A stretch of DNA of 36,279 nt from a virus (lineage: Duplodnaviria; Caudoviricetes), in the IMG/VR virus record IMGVR_UViG_3300050331_000078, positions 1 through 36,279 of that record; one strand, given 5' to 3'. The translations under genes were made by a program, and so were the position numbers. Below are positions 17,397 to 25,665 of this stretch, piece after piece. Below the pieces are notes generated by a model that worked only from the letters and a program-made list of their open reading frames with translations, had not been told where the DNA came from and did no database searches. How positions within the stretch are numbered: position 1 is the stretch's first letter; each line of letters begins with the position of its first letter.

Positions 17397-18578
17397 TCAT
17401 TTCTCCCCCTTTCGCAGCAGTCTCCGAATTTCCTCGTCACGCTTCACCTGGTTGCCCGACAATCGCCTGAAGCTGGTCATGAACACCGCTTTCCCGGTTC
17501 CGGTCGTCTTGACCACCGTCACGTACCCGTCCAGTTCGAGCAAGTAGATCAGCGAGCTGTCGCTGTCCTGGATGCGCACACCGCGCTCGATGGCCTGCTG
17601 CACGAAGGCATACTCCTCCAGCGTCAGCTCCGGGTGAACATCGAGCTGCTTGCGCATCGTCTCTGCCGACAACCGAACCGTGTGCGTCTTCGCGCCGATC
17701 GCGGCCGTGTCGGCGTCGGACAGCACGCCGATCGGGAACACTCCATCCGGGCTTGCATAGAAGCGTGCGAAGGCTTCACCGGAGACGAATCCCTTGAGCA
17801 CGCCAGCGGCCAGCGGCACATCCGCCGCATCCAGCTTCTCGGTGATGATCCTCGGCAGGTTGGCCAGACGGCCGCCAGGCGGGTAGTGGAACGCGGGATG
17901 CACGCCCTGCGGGATCTGCTGAACTTCGCCGGTGCGCTGGTTGACGTAGGTGTATTCCGGCACCTTGGGAGAATCGCTCACCGTCAGGCCGCGCCGCTCC
18001 AGCATGCTGCCGGTCATCTGGATCACGCGGCACTTGCAGCCAAATTCCTTTACGGGCATATGCGCCGGCCAGAACGGATCGCCCACCGGCAGCACCATGC
18101 CGTCCCATGCCGCGTGCTGCAGGCGCGGATGCTCGCTGTTGTTGCCGTCGTATTGCAGGTAGGGGAACGCGTCCTTGCTCGCCTGGATGCGCTCCCACTG
18201 GCCTTCGCTGTGCGCGGTGCGCAGGTTGGTGTCGTAGATGACCTTGAGCCGCCGCGTGCTGCCGAGCTGAACATTCTTGATCTCTCCGGTGATCGGGTCG
18301 GGCATGTCGGCGCGCCCCCACCATCCCTTCTGCACCAGGAGCGGCTTGAGGTTCTTGCGAAAGTCGGCGAAGGCGGTGCCGTCGGCCAGCGCCGAATCGA
18401 CGGCCGCGCGGATGTCGCGCAGGATGTCGAGCTGCATCGCCTTGGCCACGGTGAATGCGGCCTGGTGTTCCTGCTGCCAGACGTCGCGCCAGTCGAACCC
18501 GATCTTGTAGCCCTTCTGGCGGAAGAAGGCGATCGCTTCTTCCGGCGGAAGGGCGGCGAGCTTAATTGCCGGGGCCAT
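17397..18578 (-). CDS. MuF head morphogenesis protein with C-terminal putative BECR-fold (PBECR2-like) nuclease domain
   Basis: MuF motifs AFTVAK, RRLKVIYDTNLRTA, R..HAAWDG..LP..DPFW..H.P...GCKC; extra ~120 aa containing TMRKQLDVHPELTLEEY and VVKTT..GKAVFMTSFRR. Confidence 0.85.
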   Translation of the reverse strand: MAPAIKLAALPPEEAIAFFRQKGYKIGFDWRDVWQQEHQAAFTVAKAMQLDILRDIRAAVDSALADGTAFADFRKNLKPLLVQKGWWGRADMPDPITGEIKNVQLGSTRRLKVIYDTNLRTAHSEGQWERIQASKDAFPYLQYDGNNSEHPRLQHAAWDGMVLPVGDPFWPAHMPVKEFGCKCRVIQMTGSMLERRGLTVSDSPKVPEYTYVNQRTGEVQQIPQGVHPAFHYPPGGRLANLPRIITEKLDAADVPLAAGVLKGFVSGEAFARFYASPDGVFPIGVLSDADTAAIGAKTHTVRLSAETMRKQLDVHPELTLEEYAFVQQAIERGVRIQDSDSSLIYLLELDGYVTVVKTTGTGKAVFMTSFRRLSGNQVKRDEEIRRLLRKGEK

Positions 18579-20118
18579 TCAGCCTGCCCCAGAGCCTTGC
18601 GGCAAACTGCCCCTGCGCCAGCGCCTCGGCCAGCTTGCCTGCATCCATGCCCTGGATCAGCTCCGGCAGCCTGGCCTGGAATGCCTCGAAGCTGTCCACC
18701 TCGGCGGCCAGCGCCGCGATGGGCGCGATCAGCGGGTCGGTGACGCGCTCCCAGTCGCCGGCGAGATCTTCGGCGAACATGTCGAACTCGTCCGGCTCTT
18801 CGGTTGCGGTCGCAGCAGGCAGCGCGGCGGTAGCGGCCGCGATTGAGGGTGGCGGCGTCTCGGGCTTCTGGCGGGACAGCACGGGCTCGCCCTTGCCGGG
18901 GATCGGGATGCACAGCCGCTCGTTGGCCCAACTCACCGGGATGCGCACGCCGACATCGACCAGCCCCGGCAGCGACTCGCTGATCGTCTTGATATCCTCC
19001 GGCTCGACCGTATCGAACCGGAAGCGAGGCATGCGCCGCCGATCGGCAATGCCGCCCTTGTTGAGCGTGATGATCGAATACACCAGGTCGCGCGTCAGCG
19101 TGCTGCCGACCTGCTTGGCATCGGCTTCGAGCAGATCGTGGCGAACCTCGTTGTGCACGTTTCCGAGCGCATTGGTGCTGCTCTTGCCGTCCGCCTGGCT
19201 GGTGAGCGTGCCGCCGAGGATGGCCTTGCTCTGTGTGCGCTCGCACCATTCGATCATGAACTGGAACGGGTCGCTGGCGCCCTTGGCCGCTTCCTTGAAG
19301 TCGATCATCATCCCTTCCGGCACGATGCCGGCTGCATCGTGCCCGATGCTCAGCACGGCGCGCAGCAGCGTGGCTTTTTCATCGTCGCTCGCGCCGGATG
19401 GATAAGTGCCGAGCCGCAGCGGCAGGCCGTAGATTTCCAGGAACTCGGCGAGGTCGCGCACGCTGAAATTCTTGAACAGGAACGGCCATGCGAGCACGCG
19501 GTGCAGTCCGGATCGCGACAGGTAACCGCTCTTGGCGCGGTGGATGTGGGCCACCCAGCCGAACGGGGTTAGCTCCGCGCCGTCCAGCGAGTTGTCGCGC
19601 AGGAGGATCTGCGTGCGCGTCGCGCGGTCGGTCTGGAACCAGCTTTGGGGGCGGTGAGAAAAACTCTTGGGCAGCCACTCGCTGCCCAGCAGCTCCCACT
19701 CGATCTCCTGGCAAGAGAAGCCGTGGCCGATCGCATCGAGCATATCCAGCAGCAGGTCTTCCAGGTTGTCCAGGTCGCGGATGACTTCCTCGGCGTATGC
19801 GGCCTGCTTCTTTTCTGCCGCCGAGGCATTGCGCGGTGGCTCGATGCTCCAGTCCAGCGTCAGCAGCGCGCGCTTGCGCTTGCTCATCTCGGCGAAAATA
19901 TGCCCGTCCTTTTCCTCCATGTCCAGGAAGAGATCGTGCTGCGCAATGACGTCACCTTGCTCGGCTGATTCCAGGATGCGTGCCAGCCGGGGAGGCGTTA
20001 AACCCCGGCTCGGATGCCCGGCGAAAGTGCCATGCAGGCTGCCGACCTTGGCGGTCTGGCTCTCCCGCAGCTTCCCGATCTCAATCGGGTTGCCGTGTTG
20101 GTCTAGTATTCTGGCCAT
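18562..20118 (-). CDS. Portal protein (Mu gp29, DUF935); start revised to MARILDQ
   Basis: HPSRGLTP.RLA.IL, LF.DMEEKD.H, FLEIYGLPLRLG.Y, SKAILGGTLT; AGGAG SD. Confidence 0.94.
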   Translation of the reverse strand: MARILDQHGNPIEIGKLRESQTAKVGSLHGTFAGHPSRGLTPPRLARILESAEQGDVIAQHDLFLDMEEKDGHIFAEMSKRKRALLTLDWSIEPPRNASAAEKKQAAYAEEVIRDLDNLEDLLLDMLDAIGHGFSCQEIEWELLGSEWLPKSFSHRPQSWFQTDRATRTQILLRDNSLDGAELTPFGWVAHIHRAKSGYLSRSGLHRVLAWPFLFKNFSVRDLAEFLEIYGLPLRLGTYPSGASDDEKATLLRAVLSIGHDAAGIVPEGMMIDFKEAAKGASDPFQFMIEWCERTQSKAILGGTLTSQADGKSSTNALGNVHNEVRHDLLEADAKQVGSTLTRDLVYSIITLNKGGIADRRRMPRFRFDTVEPEDIKTISESLPGLVDVGVRIPVSWANERLCIPIPGKGEPVLSRQKPETPPPSIAAATAALPAATATEEPDEFDMFAEDLAGDWERVTDPLIAPIAALAAEVDSFEAFQARLPELIQGMDAGKLAEALAQGQFAARLWGRLNGPGN

Positions 20119-21734
20119 TACCATGCTCCTCTGTCTCGTTCGTCGCCGCGTCCGCGCGCGCCCTGGTATTCGATCTTTGCGCCGCCGCTCACCGCCGCCA
20201 TCCACAGCATATGCACCATGTCCGGGCCGTCGTCGTGGTCGGCCTTGGGGAAGTGGCGGAACTGATCGATCAGCGTGGTCTGGCTGGGGTGCAGGCGGAT
20301 CAGGCCGTTTGCCATGTGCGGCTGCAGCGTCTCGATGCGCAGCAGCTTGTCGGTGTGCGGCTGAACGGCGCGGGCCGGTACCGGGATGCCGCGCGCGGCG
20401 CTGCGCTTCACCAGCTCGGTGCGCAGGAACTCCTGGAACTGCACGGTCTCGATCACCCACAGAACGCAGCGGTATTCCGCCTGCATGGCGATGATGTCCT
20501 CGATGATCTTGTCCGGCAGGCGCTTCTTGATCGCGGCCTCGACCACGTCCAGGATGCCGGTGTGGCGGTTGTAGCCGCCGATGCCGAGGGCGGAGGGGTC
20601 GCGGCTGGCCCCGGCCTTGCCCAGGCTGGGGTCGCATGCACCGTAAAACACCCACTCGCGCAGGCGGTTCACCCAGAACTGGATGCTGTTGGCGAACGGC
20701 GCATCGTCGCCGCTCACCGGGTCGTTCTGCTGTTCGCTGTCAAAGGCGGCGCGGCCATCGCGGGCGCGCTTCACCATCAGCTTGTAGAGCGGCTGGCCTT
20801 CCGGCCAGCACACCACGGCGCCGGCTTCCATCTCCAGCTTGTGCTCGGTGTAGAACGCCAGCGCCACCTCGGGGCCGAGATTTAACAGCGCCTCTTCCCA
20901 CTTGTCCCACAGGTGCATGTTGTCCGGCCAGCGCTCGACGCTCTTGAACTTCTTCGATGTCCACAGCGGGTTCTTCAGCAGGCGCGACAGCACCGAGTCG
21001 TAGTGCAGGATGGTGCCGATCACGATCACGTCCATCGAATCGTCAGCTGCGCCCAGGGAGAGTACGGTTTTTTTCAGCCAGTTCTCCAGCTTGTCGCGCT
21101 GCTCTGGGCTGCGCACGTTCTCGTCGTTCTCCAGATCATCGCCGATTACCAGGTCAGGCCGATGCGGCCCGTGGCGCAGGCCGCGCATGCGCTTGCCAGA
21201 GCCGAATGCCTGCACCTTGGCGTCGTTGGCCGTGATGATCGTGCCGACCTGCCACACGCGGCCTTGGCCGCAGGCCTCGGGGAAGTCCATCGCCAGGCGC
21301 GGGTTGAACGCCAGCTCGGCCTTGATCGCTTCCAGCATCGTCGCCGCCTGATCGAGCGCGTCCATGACGATGATCGGGTAATGCTTGCGCCCGGTGACGA
21401 TGCACCACAGCGCGAATATCTGCGTAACGATGGTGGACTTCGCATTGCCGCGCGGAGCGGCGATGGCTTCGTGATCGCCCTCGCCGTTGTCTACGATCTC
21501 AGGTAGCCGGTCGAACAGGTAGGTGTGCAGCTCCGCCTCGGCGTGCTTGATGTAGTGGGGGAAATATGTCCTGGAGAAATAACGCAGGTCGCCCTGCGCC
21601 TGCTTGCGCCGCGCCACGCTCGCCGCCGGATCGGGGTCGAAGCCGTCCACCTCCGCCTCGATCTGCAGGCGGAACTCCTGGGCGAGCTTGCCGATCTCTT
21701 CGAGGAAGGCGCGGCGTGAGGTGGCGTTAGCCAT
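20118..21734 (-). CDS. Terminase large subunit; start revised to MANATS
   Basis: APRGNAKST Walker A, RPDLVIGDDLE Walker B, ACDPSLG and HDDGPD nuclease motifs. Confidence 0.95.
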   Translation of the reverse strand: MANATSRRAFLEEIGKLAQEFRLQIEAEVDGFDPDPAASVARRKQAQGDLRYFSRTYFPHYIKHAEAELHTYLFDRLPEIVDNGEGDHEAIAAPRGNAKSTIVTQIFALWCIVTGRKHYPIIVMDALDQAATMLEAIKAELAFNPRLAMDFPEACGQGRVWQVGTIITANDAKVQAFGSGKRMRGLRHGPHRPDLVIGDDLENDENVRSPEQRDKLENWLKKTVLSLGAADDSMDVIVIGTILHYDSVLSRLLKNPLWTSKKFKSVERWPDNMHLWDKWEEALLNLGPEVALAFYTEHKLEMEAGAVVCWPEGQPLYKLMVKRARDGRAAFDSEQQNDPVSGDDAPFANSIQFWVNRLREWVFYGACDPSLGKAGASRDPSALGIGGYNRHTGILDVVEAAIKKRLPDKIIEDIIAMQAEYRCVLWVIETVQFQEFLRTELVKRSAARGIPVPARAVQPHTDKLLRIETLQPHMANGLIRLHPSQTTLIDQFRHFPKADHDDGPDMVHMLWMAAVSGGAKIEYQGARGRGDERDRGAW

Positions 21735-22026
21735 GCGCAAGCTGCTCGCGCAGCAGATACCCTTCAAGTGCCCAAATCTTGTCGCGAGCGTTACTCCGAG
21801 CGATCTTCCTGCCCAGCTCAATATCGAAATTCTCCGGGCTGGCCGCTGCGCTTTCTCCGGTCACGGTAAAGCCGTTGCGCAGCTTCAGGCAGCACACGGT
21901 CAGCGTTGTGCCTGGGAAGACGTGATAATCCTCGCCCACAATCACGGAGTCGATTTTATCCGGGGTGAGACGAGGCGCGTTTAAACCCTTGCTTTGGATT
22001 TCCTGTTCGATCTGTTTTTCGCTCAT
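21727..22026 (-). CDS. N4 Gp49/Sf6 gp66-family protein (putative Acb4-like nucleotide sponge)
   Basis: APRLTP..I, LTVCCL.LRNGFTVTGESA.ASPENFD.ELGRKIA..NA.DKIW.LEGYLL signature. Confidence 0.8.
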   Translation of the reverse strand: MSEKQIEQEIQSKGLNAPRLTPDKIDSVIVGEDYHVFPGTTLTVCCLKLRNGFTVTGESAAASPENFDIELGRKIARSNARDKIWALEGYLLREQLAHG

Positions 22027-22044
22027 TACTTCTCTCCTTGCGAT

Positions 22045-22545
22045 TTAACCAAAAGCCTTCGCCAGCTCCTCGCCGAACGGCTCCAGCACTTCCAGCAGCG
22101 CGGCGGCATGCTTGGGATGCCGCGTGCGCGTAAAATCGGCCAGCCGTTTAACGACATCCGTCGCCACCGCCAGCTTGTCCGTCTCCGGCATCAGGCGCTT
22201 GCTGGCCGAGATCAGCTTGTTGTAGGCGTCGGCCAGGCTGGCCAGCATGTCCACCTTGGTGGCGGGCGGCATGTCCGGGTTGTCCTGGATTGCCTGCACC
22301 GTGGCCTGCACTTGCTGCACCACCACGCCGAGCGTCTGCCGCACCACATCCTCGATGCCGCCGCCCGCGATCATCTGTGCGGCGCGCGCCTTGTCCCAAT
22401 CGTCGCCGAGTTCCTTGCCCTGGCGCTTCCAGTTGCGCGCGGTGGCGTGCGGTACGCCGTGCTTGGCTGCCGCGACCTCCAGCCCGAGCTGGTCGAAAAC
22501 GTAAGCCGCGCGAACGGCGCGGCGGGTATCTTCACCGTGGGCCAT
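22045..22545 (-). CDS. Putative terminase small subunit (DUF1804-like); start revised to MAHG
   Basis: R.AYVFD.L.LE.AA..GV...TARNWK..GDDWDKARAA HTH; upstream of terL. Confidence 0.8.
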   Translation of the reverse strand: MAHGEDTRRAVRAAYVFDQLGLEVAAAKHGVPHATARNWKRQGKELGDDWDKARAAQMIAGGGIEDVVRQTLGVVVQQVQATVQAIQDNPDMPPATKVDMLASLADAYNKLISASKRLMPETDKLAVATDVVKRLADFTRTRHPKHAAALLEVLEPFGEELAKAFG

Positions 22546-22834
22546 TGGTTTCTCCAGGAGACGGTCTGCGCACTCCCGGCGTCTGGCTGCGGCCCCACGC
22601 CACATCCTCGCCGCGTTCGGTGAGGCGCACGGCCTCCAGTTCAAGCTGCTCGATCAGCCCCATCTCGGCCAGCCATGCACACTCGTTCGCGGCCAAGTCG
22701 GCGCTCATCACGTATCCGGTGCGTTCGACCTGCTCGCGCAGTGCGGCACGGTTCAGCGTGTAGGCCGGGGCGAAGTACAGCGCCTGCAGGATGGCGAGGC
22801 GGCGAGCCTTCGCTATGGTGTCTGCGTAGCTCAT
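22532..22834 (-). CDS. Mu gp26-like winged-helix protein
   Basis: RRLAILQAL, WLAEMGLI, LTERGEDVA.G..PGVRRPSP. Confidence 0.8.
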   Translation of the reverse strand: MSYADTIAKARRLAILQALYFAPAYTLNRAALREQVERTGYVMSADLAANECAWLAEMGLIEQLELEAVRLTERGEDVAWGRSQTPGVRRPSPGETNGPR

Positions 22835-23160
22835 TTGCCCCCCTTGACCATGTACTCGTTGAGCATCATCAGCAGGTTGCGCACGCCGGTGAATTCTCCG
22901 GCCAGCGTTTTCATGTCGCCGCTGACGTTGTTGATCTTCTCGTGCAGCTCGGATAAATCCTTGTGCTTGATCGCGCTGCTTTCCAGCGTGGCGATGCGCT
23001 CGGCGTGGCCGTCCAGCTTCGCGTCAAGATCGTCTTCCAGCTTGCCGATCCGGTCGTTCGTGACCTTGTCCTTGTTGGACAGGTACACGTAGATGCCGAT
23101 GCCGCCGGTCATTAGAAACGTCAGCACCTGAAACAAAAACTTCGCCAGCTCCAAATCCAT
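22831..23160 (-). CDS. DUF2730/Mu gp25-like membrane-anchored coiled-coil protein
   Basis: N-terminal TM segment followed by heptad repeats; position before gp26. Confidence 0.65.
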   Translation of the reverse strand: MDLELAKFLFQVLTFLMTGGIGIYVYLSNKDKVTNDRIGKLEDDLDAKLDGHAERIATLESSAIKHKDLSELHEKINNVSGDMKTLAGEFTGVRNLLMMLNEYMVKGGK

Positions 23161-23352
23161 TTAACGCCCCCTTGTTCTTTTCTCGTAATCGTCCCTGCAG
23201 TCCGTGTCACAAAAGCACCCGCGCTTGATCGGCGCATGGCAGTTGTAGCACTTGCCCCTGAACGGCATTTCCGGACGGGATCGCTGCGCTTTCAGCGCCT
23301 CGTCGCGGTGCCGCTGCTCCAGTTCCTGGGCGCGATCGAACTGATCAACCAC
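23161..23352 (-). CDS. TraR/DksA-like C4 zinc-finger protein
   Basis: D.FDRAQELE N-terminal helix; CYNC...FCDTDC. Confidence 0.72.
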   Translation of the reverse strand: MVDQFDRAQELEQRHRDEALKAQRSRPEMPFRGKCYNCHAPIKRGCFCDTDCRDDYEKRTRGR

Positions 23353-23869
23353 GCTCCGCCTTACCCAGAATCACGTCCTTTTCGCGCGATCCGCGCGAGC
23401 TGCCGAACTCGAACTGGTGCGCATCGCGCAGGCACAGGCCGAACAGGCTGGCGATGGTGGACAGCAGCGTCACCACCTCGGCCGGGATCTCCTTGCGGAA
23501 CAGCGCCAGCACCACCAGGCAGGCGATCAACCCGATCACGTCGGCGATCACCATCAGGTCTGCGCGGCGATTGGCGAAGCCGGCCTGGTGCAGCGCCACG
23601 TCGCGGGCGCGCGCATCCTTGCGGTCGGCGAGGTAGGCCTGCTCCAGCTCGGTATCCGCCCTCAACACGGCGAGGTTGAATTCCTGCGCCAGCTTCGGGT
23701 CGGCCTGCAGCGCGGTCAGCGCGGCCTGGGCGTTTTCCTTGCCGGTGACGGTCTGTGCGATGCCGATCACTTTCTCGGCGATGGCGACGGGCTTTTCTCC
23801 GACGCCGAAGTAGCGCAACAGGGACGGCGCGAACTGCGCCAGCGAGAGGGCTAGGGTGACGGGGTCCAT
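23345..23869 (-). CDS. Putative holin (3TM-type)
   Basis: LADRKDARAR, two C-terminal TM segments, FEFGSSRGSREKD; directly after the endolysin. Confidence 0.72.
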   Translation of the reverse strand: MDPVTLALSLAQFAPSLLRYFGVGEKPVAIAEKVIGIAQTVTGKENAQAALTALQADPKLAQEFNLAVLRADTELEQAYLADRKDARARDVALHQAGFANRRADLMVIADVIGLIACLVVLALFRKEIPAEVVTLLSTIASLFGLCLRDAHQFEFGSSRGSREKDVILGKAERG

Positions 23870-24465
23870 CAGGCAGTTTCTCCTTCGGCTGGGTCGATCA
23901 AGATTTGCCCGGCGGGCGTCTTCATGGCGCTTTCCAGCCAGTCCGCGACGTTAAAATTCGGGCAGGTCTTGTCCGGGTTGATCTCGCGATGCCCAACCAC
24001 GCGCACGCCTAGCTGCGCGAAGATCGCCAGCGCCTCGGCTGGCGATGGGTTGTTGAATCGCCTGGGCGGATTGGGCTTCTGCTGCTCCAGCGATTTAGCG
24101 AGGCCGCACAGCAGGTCGCGCAGCGAGTCCCACTGTGCGCGAGTGAACTTGTCGCAGCCGACCAGGCAGATGCCGAGGCTGGCGGCGTTATAGCCCTGGC
24201 AATGCGCGCCAACCTCGTCCATGTGGCGGCCCGTAGCCACCGCGCCGCGCGTGTAGATCACGAAGTGGTAGCCGATGCTTGATAGGCCAGGATTCTGCTT
24301 GGCGCGCCACTGCGGCTGACGCTTGAATCCGCGCTGCGCGTGCCAGCGATCGATCTCCTGAACCGGCGTGCAGAAGTTCTTGTCGCCGAGCTTGCCGGTG
24401 AATAGCGTCCTGCCGTTCGGCGAATCCGAACAGTGGATGATGATGAGGTCTATTTTTCGTGCCAT
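23869..24465 (-). CDS. Endolysin, N-acetylmuramoyl-L-alanine amidase (Amidase_2); start revised to MARKID
   Basis: IIIHCS, IGYHFVI, GAHCQGYN..SLGICLVG, GHRE..KTCPNF. Confidence 0.93.
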   Translation of the reverse strand: MARKIDLIIIHCSDSPNGRTLFTGKLGDKNFCTPVQEIDRWHAQRGFKRQPQWRAKQNPGLSSIGYHFVIYTRGAVATGRHMDEVGAHCQGYNAASLGICLVGCDKFTRAQWDSLRDLLCGLAKSLEQQKPNPPRRFNNPSPAEALAIFAQLGVRVVGHREINPDKTCPNFNVADWLESAMKTPAGQILIDPAEGETA

Positions 24466-24521
24466 GCCGCGCATCATCGCGCGCGCGCGGGGGAGGGGCG
24501 ATACCGAAAGGCTTCGGTGCT
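24466..24521 (-). promoter_or_regulatory. Late (lysis) promoter with dyad activator site
   Basis: GCGATACCGAAAGGCTTCGGTGCT at 24498-24521, 22/24 identical to 16736-16759 and at nearly the same distance from the ATG. Confidence 0.7.
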
Positions 24522-24522
24522 G

Positions 24523-24552
24523 AAATGAAAAGCCCCGCGCGGGGCGGGGCTT
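24523..24552 (-). terminator. Intrinsic terminator after the middle operon/lipoprotein
   Basis: AAGCCCCGC/GCGGGGCTT 9-bp stem followed by a U-rich tail on -. Confidence 0.75.
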
Positions 24553-24578
24553 GGCTAATTAAGGGCTCGGACTGGAAT

Positions 24579-25028
24579 TTACCTGCGTGATGTACTGCCC
24601 AGGTTAACCACACTGGTAATCATCCCTTTCAATCCAATCATTGCTTCAGCATGCGGCATCCCGGATTTTCTCAGGGCTAAATATGCTGCGCAGTTTTTTG
24701 AGAACTCCATGCCGGAATTGTCTACGAAGGCTAGAGTAGCGCCTTCCAGTACTTCCATCGCCGATACATCAACGCCGCTTTCTTTGCCAATCTTGGATGT
24801 AGCGTAGGCCTGATCGGCGACCAGCTCTTTGGGCATGCCGTATGATTTTGCGGCACGATCAATCAGCTCCCTTGCTCGCAACACAGAGGAATCCTCTGCA
24901 GGCACATAATGGCCGGAGCTTACCGCAATGAACTTTTGCTCGATAGGCATATCCTTCGGCGGTGGCTCTTTGCTGCCGCAGCCAATCAGGATTAACCCGG
25001 TTAGCGCTGCTAAAAATAGCTTTTTCAT
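24579..25028 (-). CDS. Lipoprotein moron, function unknown
   Basis: MKKLFLAALTGLILIG-C lipobox; visibly lower GC than neighbours. Confidence 0.8.
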   Translation of the reverse strand: MKKLFLAALTGLILIGCGSKEPPPKDMPIEQKFIAVSSGHYVPAEDSSVLRARELIDRAAKSYGMPKELVADQAYATSKIGKESGVDVSAMEVLEGATLAFVDNSGMEFSKNCAAYLALRKSGMPHAEAMIGLKGMITSVVNLGSTSRR

Positions 25029-25060
25029 GCTGCTCTCCCTTCGTTAAAAACTACGCCACT

Positions 25061-25447
25061 CTAAAACAGGCTGACCTGCCTGTCATCCACAACCGTACAG
25101 CCGAGGATCTGTTCGATGCGTCGGTAGCTCAGATTGTATTGGCGCGCCAGCTCGTTCACCGGAACGTCGTTTGGCGGGCCGTAGAGCCGCACGATCTCGC
25201 GGTCGCGCTGCTCGCGCAGGCCGCGTGCGCACTTGGCCACATACATCCAGCGGCCGCCGTCCAGCCCGATCAGGCGGCGGAGCGCATCCTGTCCGATGCA
25301 TTGCGCCAGCGGATGATCCTCGGTGGCATTGCTCAGAGCTGGGATGCGGATACGTTGCCCGCCGAATTCCTCCACCAGCTTGAGCGCGGCGGCCTCGCCG
25401 ATGACCTCGATGATTTCCAGCAGGTTGACGGGCGTTACGGCGTTCAT
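25061..25447 (-). CDS. Mor/C-family transcription activator
   Basis: IGEAAALKLVEEFGGQRIRIP, RDREI..Y..ELARQYNLSYRRIEQIL HTH; end of the middle region. Confidence 0.9.
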   Translation of the reverse strand: MNAVTPVNLLEIIEVIGEAAALKLVEEFGGQRIRIPALSNATEDHPLAQCIGQDALRRLIGLDGGRWMYVAKCARGLREQRDREIVRLYGPPNDVPVNELARQYNLSYRRIEQILGCTVVDDRQVSLF

Positions 25448-25665
25448 TTTTTAACGCTCCGATTCGGGTCATACACCGCGCCCTTGGGCATCCATGTCAT
25501 GCCGCGCTTGTCGAGCCAGGCGTTGACCGATGCAGTATTGATCTGCTCCAGCATCTTTTCGTCGATGACCAGGTTCGCCTCGATCTGATGAGGCTTGCGG
25601 TTGAGCAGCCAGCCGACAAGCCAGCCAGCACAGAACGCGATGGCGACAATTTCCCCGGTGGTCAT
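25444..25665 (-). CDS. Small membrane protein (73 aa)
   Basis: ATGA overlaps with both neighbours; N-terminal TM segment. Confidence 0.65.
   Translation of the reverse strand: MTTGEIVAIAFCAGWLVGWLLNRKPHQIEANLVIDEKMLEQINTASVNAWLDKRGMTWMPKGAVYDPNRSVKK

Noticed and set aside
16925-17400. ORFs 16925-17218 (+), 17071-17355 (+), 16941-17165 (-) and 17179-17400 (-) as an immunity or anti-CRISPR gene
   Set aside because: All run through the MITE or its TIRs (SKLRHY is the TIR translated) and have atypical composition. 17179-17400 does overlap the MuF stop (ATGA), so it cannot be fully excluded, but its sequence is better explained by the RNA stems and the promoter.
3172-18743. Long + strand ORFs such as 3172-4293, 6068-7444 and 17337-18743
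   Set aside because: They are antisense shadows of well-supported GC-rich - strand genes, with no recognisable motifs.
16736-24521. 24-bp repeated dyad as a CRISPR repeat or RNA anti-CRISPR
   Set aside because: Only two copies 7.8 kb apart, each at promoter distance from a late gene; no array or cas genes.
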